Part shown: piece by piece, positions 1-11,111 of the stretch
Layout of the letters: each line of letters begins with the position of its first letter
Numbering within the stretch: position 1 is the first letter of the stretch
DNA from: Takakia lepidozioides
Lineage: Eukaryota; Plantae; Bryophyta
Direction: 5' to 3'
Assembly (NCBI GenBank): GCA_030704615.1
Contig: CM060732.1
Coordinates: 53,692,001 to 53,756,000 of the forward strand
DNA length: 64,000 nt
Made by a program: the position numbers and the translations under genes
Notes under the pieces: generated by a model
The model's input: the letters and a program-made list of their open reading frames with translations, nothing else
What the model was told of the DNA's origin: nothing
The model's database searches: none

Positions 1-403
1 CGTAGCTTGCAAAACAGAGATACAAAAAGAGAAACGTCAACGAAGCAACAACCAGTGCGATGGCAGGCCAGGTTGTGAGAATCCGTCGATTATATGCTGG
101 CTGATCATGAGGAACGTCATCGACAACCAAGCTATCTACCGCTTTGTAATTCGGCCTCCCTCTCAAACTTCTTTTCCCACCAACGTGAACGCAAAGCATG
201 CAGACAGGTATTGGACATCCTCTCTGCTCCTCTACATCTGTGTCCCGAGCTGTGTCCGTTCCAGTGTCTCGGCAGCTCTCCTGCGTTGGATCCGCCATCT
301 CCGGCAGAGGAGCGTGCATCTCAAAATGCAAGTGCTTCCGGACGCTTACTGGATTGTGTGCTCTATCAGTGATAGCTGAGAGCAACACAGACGGAGATAT
401 CAT
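1..403 (-). CDS. Partial ORF running off the left edge; possible N-terminus of a type II membrane protein
   Basis: My translation from the ATG at 403 gives 134 stop-free codons (MISPSVLLSAITDRAH...RRILTTWPAIALVVASLTFLFLYLCFASY), ending in a hydrophobic TM-like stretch after basic residues. Not in the ORF track, presumably because it has no stop inside the window. Confidence 0.45.
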   Translation of the reverse strand, partial: MISPSVLLSAITDRAHNPVSVRKHLHFEMHAPLPEMADPTQESCRDTGTDTARDTDVEEQRGCPIPVCMLCVHVGGKRSLRGRPNYKAVDSLVVDDVPHDQPAYNRRILTTWPAIALVVASLTFLFLYLCFASY

Positions 404-959
404 TTTCCAAATCTTCAAAAAATGTATGAAACAGGTGGCCCGCGAACGACAACGTCGTCGTTGTAATCCGTGAGTATTGTTCAACTTAGAGTCATCCAGA
501 AAACCAATAGCCGGTAGCAATCTTGAACCCAGGCGACTAGACACCACCTTCACTTCACCCCCCGTGCGGATCAAAATGTCTTTCAACACAGAAACACAGA
601 GTTCAAGTCTAGAGCTCCCCGAAGACACAAATTGAATGCAGCACTTCAGCCGAATTTTGTTGATGAGAAAATTCTATGAGAGCATTGGAACCTGAACTTC
701 TAGAAAATCGGAAACATGTAGTACACGGACATTCACTTCGCACACGTACTAGAGTCACTGCCAAATCTGCAATACTTTGCACAAACTTGTCAAAGCGCAT
801 ACAGCAACCATGCAAGAGCCACACCTACAGGGGATGGCACGTCATTAATACTAACCTAATGAATCATGCTTCACGAAGTAATGTTGAGACAACATTACGT
901 AAGAGTAGATCTAGCCTGCACAAGAGGTGCATACTGCATACTTAAAGTCGGCGAGCCGC

Positions 960-986
960 AGAGAGAGAGAGAGAGAGAGAGAGAGA
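960..986. repeat. (GA)n microsatellite
   Basis: Perfect GA run of about 13 units. Confidence 0.95.
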
Positions 987-1933
987 AGCGCAGGAAAGCA
1001 AGCAACCTGAGAGCAGAGTGCGCTCTGCTGTCTCTCACGCTGACTAATACCCTGTCCTCTCTTGCCCTATGCCCGTCGCCTCACTCTCATCCGTTGGATG
1101 AAAGATCCGACGATGGCCATGTCCTCGGTGACGGGCCCCCCTCGCCGAGAGAGTGGCGCCGCCAGCGAGTGTCCATCCCATAACCGGGGAGTGGATGGTC
1201 CACCAGCGTATCGCGATTCGCACTGCGCCGATGTGGCATATACATATTGCTCTGTCAACATCACACGTGCGCTGGCGTCTCCGTGCGTTCTTGTTTTTTG
1301 TTTTTGTATTTTGTTTTTGTATTTTGTTTTCTGAATGAATTTATTAGATGTCCAATTTTCTTTGCTTAATTGTTTTTCTTGGAACGCTCGGTGCTTGGCT
1401 CTCACCTCTCTACCTTTTTTGGTACTGCAAATTACCCCTTATTGAGCTTGCAATCTACCCTGGGGAATGGCTTTGGCCACAGAATATACCATTCTGTGGA
1501 TATTCTTCCAAGCTTGGGTACAATCTCCTTTGTCATGGAAGGGTTCCACTTGGGAAATGGCAGAATAAGTTGGGACCACCTGCTCTATAATAATTCAATT
1601 GGGCCTGTGTTGGGAAAGATGTTTGGCTAGTTTTTTGTTTAAAAATTTTTGACCTGCAAAAATATTCAGATTTCATTGAAAGGCTTGCAGTAGGATTCTG
1701 CCTGTGGGTGGGAGTCTCTCCCCTGCACAACATTGTGAGGTATGTAATGGTGGGGCCCTGACACACTTGAGCATTGTCTTTTGATTCCCCCTTGGCAGCC
1801 ACAATTTTGTCTAAAACAAAGCGGCTAGTCCTATGGCTACTCTTTGTGACTAATGAAATCCACTTTCATCCATAATAAACTTGAAAATTCATCCATTTAT
1901 CTCTCATAAGTTATTCAAATACTAGAGAATATA

Positions 1934-3419
1934 AGAGTGTTGGGCGGTAGTCGCCCTGACCCCGGTTAACCGACGGATCGGGGTTCCGGTTAATAAGAAC
2001 CGAACCGGAACTAGAATCAGTTGGGAGACCCGGAAGGAACCGGGATCAGGATTTTTGATTTGATGGAACCAAAAATTAAAATCCCCGGTTCCTAGTGAGG
2101 TCAGGAACCGACATTAACCGGAACCGGGAGCAGGTAGGCGGTTCAGTTCCGGTTTGTGGAGTCATGTGTATCTCCTTACTCCCTAATACGGTCGTGAGCC
2201 AGCCGCCACATCAAGTCTGCCCAGCTCCATGAGCTGGTAAGTTATGCCCTTTTAAGATTTGTCTTTTATGCTTTCTTGGTATCGTTGTCCCTTCTTCAAT
2301 CTTGCTACTTCTGGCCGGTTGGGTATATGTGCCTTGCCTAGGCATCACCTGGTGATCCTAGGTTCAATCCTTCAACATGTGCCTTCAGCTGTCCATTTTC
2401 CATTGGGCCCTCGTGTTGAGCAGCCTCTGCAACAGGAGATGTCTATTTTGTAGGAAAACATCCTAATATTTATTTGACCAATAGGACGGTTTTTAATTCT
2501 TTTTAATAATTGAATTAGCTAACCGGACCCTTAACCGGAACCACCATTTTTTCCAGCAAATAACCATAACCGGAACTGTCCTAATGTTCAAAACGATGTT
2601 GGGTAGCGAGTGAGGATGCTCACGCCTGGAGCACAAGCAAATATACTGCATATTCCAAAGATGCCTTCCGAATATTCTTCAGCGAAACCAAAATTGAGAA
2701 ACTAAAAACTTTGCGAAACTATTTTTAACTGCTCACATAGGCCCTCACAGCAACATTTAAGAAACAAGTAACCCATATACATGATAAACATGTTACCCTC
2801 TAGGAGTGGGATTTCCTCACCATATGCTCACCCAATACTAGGCCCTTTCCATGATAGAAAAGGACGCCGAGACTCCAAGAGTACTTGAAGGTTGTCATGT
2901 CCCATGGGTAATTTACCGAGATGAAACTCTCACTCCCGAAACTACTACTTAATTTTAATTTCTCGATGCGAAACTAAAACTCTCACTCCCGAAACTACTA
3001 CTTAATTTTAATTTCTCGATGCGAAACTAAAACTCTCACTCCCGAAACTACTACTTAATTTTAATTTCTCGATGCGAAACTAAAACTCTCACTCCCCGAA
3101 CTACTACTTAATTTTAATTTCTCATTGTCAAATTGAAAGATAGATCAGATAGTTTATCGTTTTGGTGCAGCTGCACCCTATAAATGCACCGTGCCTCAAA
3201 ACATGTAACTCCTATGACCGCGATTAAAAAACATACAACCCCCATGACCGTGGGTCGTGCTCACGGCGGGCTCACGTGATCATGCCCCACCCCCTTCAAA
3301 ACCGGAATGGAACTGGAACAGCTTTTTTTTCATCCGCCCTGGAACCGGAACCGCAATGTAAACCCTATCCTAGAACCGAACCGGAGGTTTTTGATAAAAG
3401 CAAGAACCGACCAATACCG
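1934..3419. mobile_element. Degenerate non-autonomous hAT-like element with AACCGG/GAACCG subterminal repeats
   Basis: Clusters of aaccgg/gaaccg motifs at about 1965-2150, 2520-2575 and 3300-3420. Left end GAGTGTTGGGCGGT vs right end ACCGACCAATACCG is a 10/14 inverted match. No clean TSD. Confidence 0.45.
2924..3123. repeat. 53-bp tandem repeat, about 3.8 copies
   Basis: Unit aaactctcactcccgaaactactacttaattttaatttctcgatgcgaaacta starts at 2924, 2977, 3030 and 3083. Confidence 0.95.
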
Positions 3420-3680
3420 GTGGAATATAGCTTGAGGGAGGTGTTCTCTGGATCTAGTTTTGAACAAACGAGAGGAGGTGACACCTGGGGAAGGCACAAC
3501 AGGGACTTAGCCATTTTTGACACTCATGTCTGGTCTTCCCTACTAGAATGGTAGTGCTTCAAAGGTGACGAGGAAGCGGGAGAGATAGGGCAGCATGTGA
3601 ATGCCATTCCACTTGCTGTCGCTGCTTGCTGCCTTGTGCTTGTAGCTTGATCATATCGAAACAAGACAAGGTGTGCCAAG

Positions 3681-3867
3681 ATGGCGGCATCAGAGGAGAT
3701 GAGCTCCATCTTCCCAATTTTCATCCTGTCGGTGATGGGATTGTTCACCGTGCCTCTGGACAATTTATCGGCTTACGAGAGTTCTGACAAGGCAAGGCAA
3801 AAATCTGCATTGCTGCTGCCCCGAGTGCATGCGATCTATCAAGTACCAGACTTCACTGGTCAAGCGG
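3681..3867 (+). pseudogene. ERDJ2: First coding exon of a DnaJ protein ERDJ2/SEC63 homolog, frameshifted, with no downstream exons recognised
   Basis: MAASEEMSSIFPIFILSVMGLFTVP, then after a 1-nt shift near 3755, WTIYRLTRVLTRQGKNLHCCCPECMRSIKYQTSLVKR and a GT donor at 3868. Resembles the plant ERDJ2 N-terminus as I recall it (MAASEE..LFPIF...HC.C.EC.RS.KY). Confidence 0.8.
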
Positions 3868-5575
3868 GTCAGTGTTTTGGATCTCCCTCCAGCCCCGGAA
3901 TGTGCTCAAGTGGCATGGAATTAGGGCGACTATATCTGCATCAAGTTTATCTGTGTAGAGAGAGAGTCGCGAGGAGTTAATGTTGAGTTCAAAATGGCTG
4001 CTAGCACGGAAGGATGTCTACATCTAAACAGAGCGAAACATCTTGGATATCCCTTAGACAAGTTTTTCTTTCTTGATGGATTCTGTGAAGCTGTGGCGTC
4101 CAGCGGTAGACGGAGAGAGGTAAACAGGGAGCAATTCGGATCTTTCACCCCCAATCAGGGTTTAAGTCAGAACAGATCCTACAATTCTGTGTATCCAGAG
4201 CATGATCTCAAGTAGCTGCTTTTTTCTCCAGTGTTATTAATTCAACTACCATCTTGCCTGTGAGGCACCAACCAATTGAGACACGCACAGTGTTGGTGTC
4301 TTAGCTTGCGAGTTTTGTTGCCAAAGATATTTGGATTCATCTCTGCCGTGTCAGCTTAGTGGGACAAGGATAACAGATCATGAGTTGAGCAGAAAGTCTC
4401 ATGTTCCTTGGGTCGAATTTCGCACATTGAGCACTCTGTTGGATACATGTCGTCCCCACCTTAGTGACTCACTTACGCCCTAAGGATGCCTGACAGTCTT
4501 ATTAGTCACCCCATACGAGCTGCCTGCATAGTGTTGCTTGCTGGTCTGGCTACTGAGTCAAATATGGGCCTGCTGGATACTACCCTTCCTGGTGAGCATT
4601 CTGTCTCCCCCTCAGTGACCCACTTACGCCCTAAGGGGCATTTGTTCCTGCTTTAAGGATGCCTGACAATCATATGAGTCACTGAATACTACCAACAAGC
4701 TGCCTTCAGTTTTTCCTTTGTAGACTTTGGGAGCTGAACATCATGAGGTTCCTCACCACAACAGTACTTGAATGTTACTTGATTATTTTGGCGTCTGTAT
4801 TGTCTGCAAAGCAGTAGTTGCTACCCTATAGAGACCTACCATACATTACTTGCTGATTTAATCAGCATGTTTTGGGCCGATCATGGTTTGTATGGTTAGT
4901 GTGAATCATCAGAAGCATATGTGGGTGCATGTGACTACCTGGTTTCTTACCATTACTTTATGCATGCAGGTATCTCTTTATTGAGAACAAACGGCTTCTT
5001 GCTGTCCCCCTTTATTCGGAGCACTGCTGTACAGCAAGAGAGCAACCACCCATAGCAGTCTGACTGCTGGTTAGAGGGAGCGACCGGCAACATTACCTTC
5101 AATAAGTGAGCAGGGACTTCAGATGTCACTTCCACTGAATTGTCTATAGCTACCCGTGTCTTTGAGTACAAGAGAGGGAGGAGGATAGTGGCAGGGGACG
5201 TGCACTGAAGTAACCCAAGTGTTATGGTGGTTCTTGGACTAAAGCAGTCAGTGCAAGGCTGCTCCGTGGCAGTGGTGATTTTGTTGGGTCGGTGGAAACC
5301 ACACTATTCAAAGTTTCTGATCGAAGTTGAATTCCATGACCTCAAGGTTGCTTCACCACATGTAAGTCTCTCCCTTCCAGATGGATCCTACTAGCAATGG
5401 AAATCAAGTAGCTTTAGAGCTTTATTTTGCGCCTTTAAGCTTATGAAGGATCTTTCATTGCTGGGGCAGCTTCACCTCATCATTCTTAGGAAGGTGTAAG
5501 AAATGGGTGGTGGACTCCCCTGCCTTGGTGTAAGAGGAATCAAGATGACATGCAGATCCTCTCTATATGTGCAAG

Positions 5576-6618
5576 AGGGGTCAACTGCAGAGGGGTCAAC
5601 TCTGAGGTTAAGAAAACCATGCTTTGTCGCGTTATTAGACCTGCCTTGGAGTACGGATCTGCTATATGGGTTGATAACTCCAACCAGGCTAAGTCTCTAG
5701 AATCCATTCAAGTGGGGGTGCTTAAGGAGTGTATGTCAGCATGCTCCAAAACAGCCAATGTGGCTGTTCGGGGTGAGTTTGGCATTCCGTCCTTAAGCTC
5801 CCGACGAGATGAATTCAAGGTCAGATGGTGGGGTCAGCTGCAACATATGCCCAACACCAGATATCCTAAGTTAATTGACTCTATATCTTGGAAACAGGAC
5901 CGCCCTGTCAAACAGGCTAAGTCCTGGCAGAAGAGAGTAGAAGAGATCCTCAAGGACCTGGACCTGGATCCGCAAGTCTTGACCCTGCTGGATAAATCTG
6001 ACTTAGAGGCTGTAGTGTCCTCAGCCATGTCTGTTGCCATGAGATTGTCTGATGAAAATGAAGTTAGGCAGAAAATTTCCCTGAACTTGTTTCCAGTCTG
6101 TGACATGGGGGAGGACATCTGACCTCAAGGGTCTACCCACTCTCGGCACTAGACTGAAATTTAAACTCAGGGCAGGAAGCCTACCTTTGAACAGCAAACA
6201 GAAGCAGAGAGGAAAGGGAGAGTGCAATTGCCCGGTGTGTGGGCAAACTGAAGACAGTATTCATTTTCTGATACACTGTCCGGGGTTCTCTCACCAAAGA
6301 GACGCTCTCTTCAAATCTATTAAGGGAATTGTGCCTGTACCCCTGTTTACCAACTTTGAAAGTCTCGAGGCTGAGCCAAAAGCCCAGGCCCTCCTGAGGC
6401 CTAGTTTTTGGGCAAATCACACACAGCAGATTGATGCTTGTGTGAAGGGATTTCTAGAGGATATCTGGAAAACCCGGATTAATTCTTTATATGGAGGTAA
6501 GTCTTACTACCAACGTCAGCCCCTGACAGAGGTAGGTTCTGTCCCTTTTGTTCCCGCTCAAACTGGGCGCGGGGTCAATGGCCACAAGGCTACGGCAAAC
6601 AACGTCTTATGAGTACAA
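5576..6618 (+). mobile_element. 5'-truncated non-LTR retrotransposon (3' end of ORF2)
   Basis: Post-RT motifs RPALEYGSAIW and AVRGEFG; C-terminal zinc motif CPVCGQTEDSIHFLIHCP; one frameshift near 6100. Perfect 14-bp TSD TCTATATGTGCAAG at 5562-5575 and 6619-6632. Confidence 0.9.
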
Positions 6619-6678
6619 TCTATATGTGCAAGGAACCTGACCTCATGGAGAGATATCTTTGCAGAGTTTGAACATATA

Positions 6679-8739
6679 TTGTGGATTTCTGTAGGGAGGT
6701 TTGTACTTAAGATGTCTGAGTCATGCAGGATAGCAGGGTTGAATCAGGCACAGTGGTTTGACTCAGCCTTCTTCACTACGGCCACTGCCGTGCAAAGAGG
6801 ATCAAGACTGGTAGACAAGAAGAAACATGCCACTCGTGGGGATGTGAGGGCACTATGTCAGGTGGGAGAGCTGAAAGAAGCTCTGCACATTTTGAACCAA
6901 GGGAGCATTTTGGCAGACTGCTATACTTATGTTTGTCTCTTGCGAGAGTCTATCAGGACGAAATGTCTCACAGAGGGAAAGCAGGTGCATGCCCATATCA
7001 TTGACAGTGGAATCAAGCCAAACATCTTTCTACACAATGCTCTTGTCAGCATGTATGCAAAGTGCGGCAGTGTGGTGGATGCACGTCACATGTTTGACAA
7101 AATGCCTGAACGAGATATGTTTACATGGAATATAATGATAGCAGGATATGCCAGGCATGGGTGTGGTGGGGAGGCTTTGGGAATGTATGAGCAAATGCGA
7201 TCACAAGGGGTGATGCCCAGCAACATCACGTTCACTAGCGTTCTCAATGTGTGTGCCAGCCTGGCAGTGCTGGAAAAAGGCATAGAGGTCCATGCTGATA
7301 TTGTCAAAGTCGGACTTGTGCCAGATACCATTCTGGAGAATGCCCTTGTCGACATGTATGCCAAATGCGGGAGCATGAAGAGCGCATGCCAAGTGTTCGA
7401 CAAGATGACTAGACGAGATGTGATCTCATGGAATGCAATGATCACAGGATATGCGAAAAGTGGTAGTATGAAGGATGCCCGTGAACTGTTTGACAACATG
7501 GGTCAACGAGATGTGGTCTCATGGAATGTGATGATGGCGGGATACAGTCAGCATGGGTGTGGTAGGGCATCTTTGGATATCTATGAGCAAATGATACGGT
7601 CAGGCGAGACACCAAACAAGGTCACATTCATTTGCATTCTCAATGCATGTGCCAGCTTGGCAGCCCTGGAAATGGGTGTAGAGTTGCATGCTGACATCAG
7701 GAAAGCCAGAATTGTACCAGATATCATTCTGGAGAATGCCCTTATTGACATGTACGCAAAATGTGGGAGCATGGAGGATGCCCGTCAAGTGTTCGACAAT
7801 ATGGCTAAACAAGATGTGGTCTCATGGAATGCAATAATCACAGGGTATGCTCAGCATGGGTTTGGTAGGGATACTTTGCACCTGTTTGAAAAAATGCAAC
7901 AGGAAGGCATGAGGCCTGATGGTATCACCTTTACATGTCTTCTCTCAGCATGTAGGCATGTAGGCCTATTGGATGAAGGCTGGCACTACTTTGATTCTAT
8001 GAGTCGGGATCATGGCCTCGCTCCTACAAAGGAGCATTTTAGCTGCATGGTGGACCTTCTGGGGCGTGCAGGTCTAATGGATGAGGCAGAGCACTTCATT
8101 AATATAATGCCAATCGAAGCAGATGCGGTGGTTTGGGGGGCCTTGCTTGGTGCCTGCAGAATTCATGGTGATGTGATGATAGCAGAACGTGCGGCGAAAT
8201 GGGTTATGAAGTTTGATCCAGAGGACCCTGCAAATTATGTGCTGCTATCAAACATCTATGCTGCAGCGGGTAGGTGGGAGGACCGAGCAAGGGTGAGAAA
8301 GATGATGGAAGATAGAGGTATCAGGAAGATGCCAGGACGCAGTTGCATTGAGGTGGACAATGTTGTGCATACATTCCTTGTGGAAGACAATTTTCATCCA
8401 CGAATCAGTGACATCCATGCGGAGCTAAATAGATTCTCTGGGCAGATGAAGGAGGCTGGCTACGTGCCTGACACGCGCTTTGTATTGGATGACGTAGAGG
8501 AGGAAGTAAAGGAGTCTTCTCTTTGCTACCACAGTGAGAAGCTGGCTGTTGCTTTTGGTCTCATCAGCACACCTCCTAGGACGCCTCTCCGCATCATCAA
8601 GAACCTACGGATGTGCGGTGACTGCCACACTGCTGTCAAGTTCATCTCAAAGATTGCTGAGCGGGCAATAGTTGTACGGGATGCCAACCGCTTTCACCAC
8701 TTCCACGATGGGCTTTGTACCTGTGGGGATTACTGGTGA
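6679..8739 (+). CDS. PLS-class pentatricopeptide repeat protein with E1/E2 and DYW (PG-type) deaminase domain; organellar C-to-U RNA editing factor
   Basis: Intronless 686-aa ORF (first ATG at 6712). Alternating P/L/S motifs ([17 protein letters not shown]), E domain [15 protein letters not shown] box [14 protein letters not shown] and CGDCH zinc ligands, terminal CTCGDYW. Confidence 0.97.
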   Translation: MWISVGRFVLKMSESCRIAGLNQAQWFDSAFFTTATAVQRGSRLVDKKKHATRGDVRALCQVGELKEALHILNQGSILADCYTYVCLLRESIRTKCLTEGKQVHAHIIDSGIKPNIFLHNALVSMYAKCGSVVDARHMFDKMPERDMFTWNIMIAGYARHGCGGEALGMYEQMRSQGVMPSNITFTSVLNVCASLAVLEKGIEVHADIVKVGLVPDTILENALVDMYAKCGSMKSACQVFDKMTRRDVISWNAMITGYAKSGSMKDARELFDNMGQRDVVSWNVMMAGYSQHGCGRASLDIYEQMIRSGETPNKVTFICILNACASLAALEMGVELHADIRKARIVPDIILENALIDMYAKCGSMEDARQVFDNMAKQDVVSWNAIITGYAQHGFGRDTLHLFEKMQQEGMRPDGITFTCLLSACRHVGLLDEGWHYFDSMSRDHGLAPTKEHFSCMVDLLGRAGLMDEAEHFINIMPIEADAVVWGALLGACRIHGDVMIAERAAKWVMKFDPEDPANYVLLSNIYAAAGRWEDRARVRKMMEDRGIRKMPGRSCIEVDNVVHTFLVEDNFHPRISDIHAELNRFSGQMKEAGYVPDTRFVLDDVEEEVKESSLCYHSEKLAVAFGLISTPPRTPLRIIKNLRMCGDCHTAVKFISKIAERAIVVRDANRFHHFHDGLCTCGDYW

Positions 8740-9796
8740 AACAGCAACATTCATTTGTGAGAGACTGATGGGTGTCATTGAAGCAAACATGTGATATTGA
8801 ACTTCCTATGTGCTGCCCAGATCGTGATGAAGTCTCATCATCAGCAAACAGAAGTGAATCACTGGAAGCCTTATTGCAGAGGAGTGTGGACAGGTTCCAA
8901 TGAGCCTTTCCGATGGATCAGACTGTATGTTGATGCACCAGAGGTCAAAAGTGAGTTGAGTTCACAGTTTGTGGTCATAATTAAACCAAAGAATCATGTT
9001 TTGGTTGTGGTACCTGCTTCAGAAGTGGAGGGGCAGTGTACTCAGCCTGAGGAAGTTTTGAAAGACAGAATGCAAAGCTTTAGGGCTTGAAACCCTTAAG
9101 CTCTGCTGTCTTACTAGTACATGAATGAATGTAGTTGTGTGCACCCAACAAAGTGCTTGAAACTAGGTGATAGGTGGCCCTAAACTTATTAATGGCTACT
9201 GCTTACAGAAGCATCCTACATATTGTTCAATGACATCAATCTACATCCCCTTGGATCCTGGATTCTATGTACAGAATCTTTGACACCAAGAATGGAATGA
9301 ATCAAGTGAGCCAACAAAATGAACGGTCATCACTGATTCAATGTATTCATGCATTTTATTCTCAGATTTGTTGCATAATCCTGCTGTTTCCATAGCTTTT
9401 CTGACTTGTCAATGCACTGCTCTGTAGCAAGCCCAGGTGGGCGTATGCAATGCAAGCGCAGCCTCTGTGCAAGGGTGTCACATCACTGAAATGCGTGTTA
9501 CAGCAAATTAAGGACAGATCTCAATCCTCCGCGCTTAGCTTCCATAAGACAAGAGGGCGCCATAGATTGCAGAGGACGTTGCAGGTACTATTTCTGCTTC
9601 TGTATGCACTCTATAATGAGGATGCCGGTCAGAAATGCACCTTAAAGGATTATTCTAGCGGTAGTGAACCCTTCCATGAGGGTTTAATGTCTTAGGTGGC
9701 CAGGAGATCCATGCTAACGTTTTTATTATGTTGTAGCTAGGTACTCCATTGAATTGCCTTACGCTGAAGTGCTGATTCAGGAATTGAGAATTCAAA

Positions 9797-11111
9797 ATGC
9801 AGGTCAGGTTTGGGAAGGATGCAACAATGCTGAGTCCACCAAACATCCAGCTAACGCTGGTGGAAGCTGATGCAGTGTACAAATCTGTGGAGGCATTTGC
9901 TCCAGCATCAGTTGCCAACTTAGGGCCGAGCTTCGATTTTTTGGGATGCGCGGTGGACGGCCTAAGAGATTTGGTCACCGCTGAGGTACTCTTGCTGTCT
10001 GTTGTTATCCTCTCACCACTCACCTGTGCGGAGTCCACTAATTTGCATAAAATGTTTCCCAGGGTTTCTGCATACTGGAATGGTTGTAGCAGTCAATTGA
10101 AGTGTCCTGCCATCTGTATACCCTCAAGACCTACGTTCACAGAAGGACATTCGATGATGAGTCTGCATTTATCCTTGTGCGTGGGCAATTGACCAGGCTA
10201 TTGAGAGTTCTATTACTTGTGGAGTGGAATCGTACAGGTGAACGAAAATGTGCCACCTGGCAAGATCCTAATTGAGTCCATTACAGTTTAGGGAGGGGGC
10301 CTAAGGTGTGTCCCAGGAGACAAGTGTACTGGTATTGCAGGCCCTGCCACCCTGGAGTTGCTAGGCGTGCACTCTGTGTGCATCTCACTCACTCTTCACA
10401 AGGGCTAGCCTCTTGGAAGTGGGCTAGGCTCAAGTGCTGCAGCAGCAGCAGCTGCAGTAAACCTTCCTCCTTTCTTCCTTGGTTTGCACATTTGAAGATG
10501 TTCCTGTCTGCTTTGACCTTCTGTAGTCATTTCGAATTATGGTATTCTGGGATAGGAAATCCCCACAAAATCCTCATCAAACTCACTTCTAATTGTTTAT
10601 ACTTGCTCCCTTCAAGTGAATGGGGTGTTTGGAAGCCCTCTAAGCAAGGCACAGCTTGTGCAAGCAGGCCTTGGATCAGAAGGCGACTGCCAGTGGGTAC
10701 CATGATTTGTACTAGTACGGAGCTACAGCCCCCTCCTCGTACCCCTGGCATTCCCAGAAGAGAAAGCACTGTACTTTGTTCTGGTGATGCCTGAGTTTGA
10801 GGCGCCCACAAAGGAATGTGAGCTGTCTTGCCAAAAGACGCACTAGATTATTAGGAGTCACAGGATGAGCCAGAAAAACTTTCTTGAATATGTATTATGA
10901 AGCCTTGAGCATGTATTGTTGAGCTATTGAAATGCGATTAGATTTTACAGAACTTTCTGGTGATGGAGAGGATTGCTGTGTGGCAATATCCTGCATCGGA
11001 ACAAACAACTTAACTAGGTGTGGGTTACATGCAGATACCCGTGAAGCAGCATATCTCAAACTGTAGCCAGACATCTGCGTTGGTGATGCTTCCCCTCTTG
11101 GTGCCGTTCCA
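9797..11111 (+). pseudogene. HSK: Homoserine kinase (GHMP family) pseudogene, spliced, lacking its 3' part
   Basis: FAPASVANLGPSFDFLGCAVDG (exon to about 9985); GHMP motif PLGSGLGSSAAA at about 10409-10450; LYFVLVMPEFEAPTKEM; QIPVKQHISNCSQTSALV. GT-AG introns, in-frame stops and frameshifts. Confidence 0.88.

Noticed and set aside
2924-3123. CRISPR-like array
   Set aside because: Units are contiguous near-identical repeats with no unique spacers and no cas genes; the context is eukaryotic.
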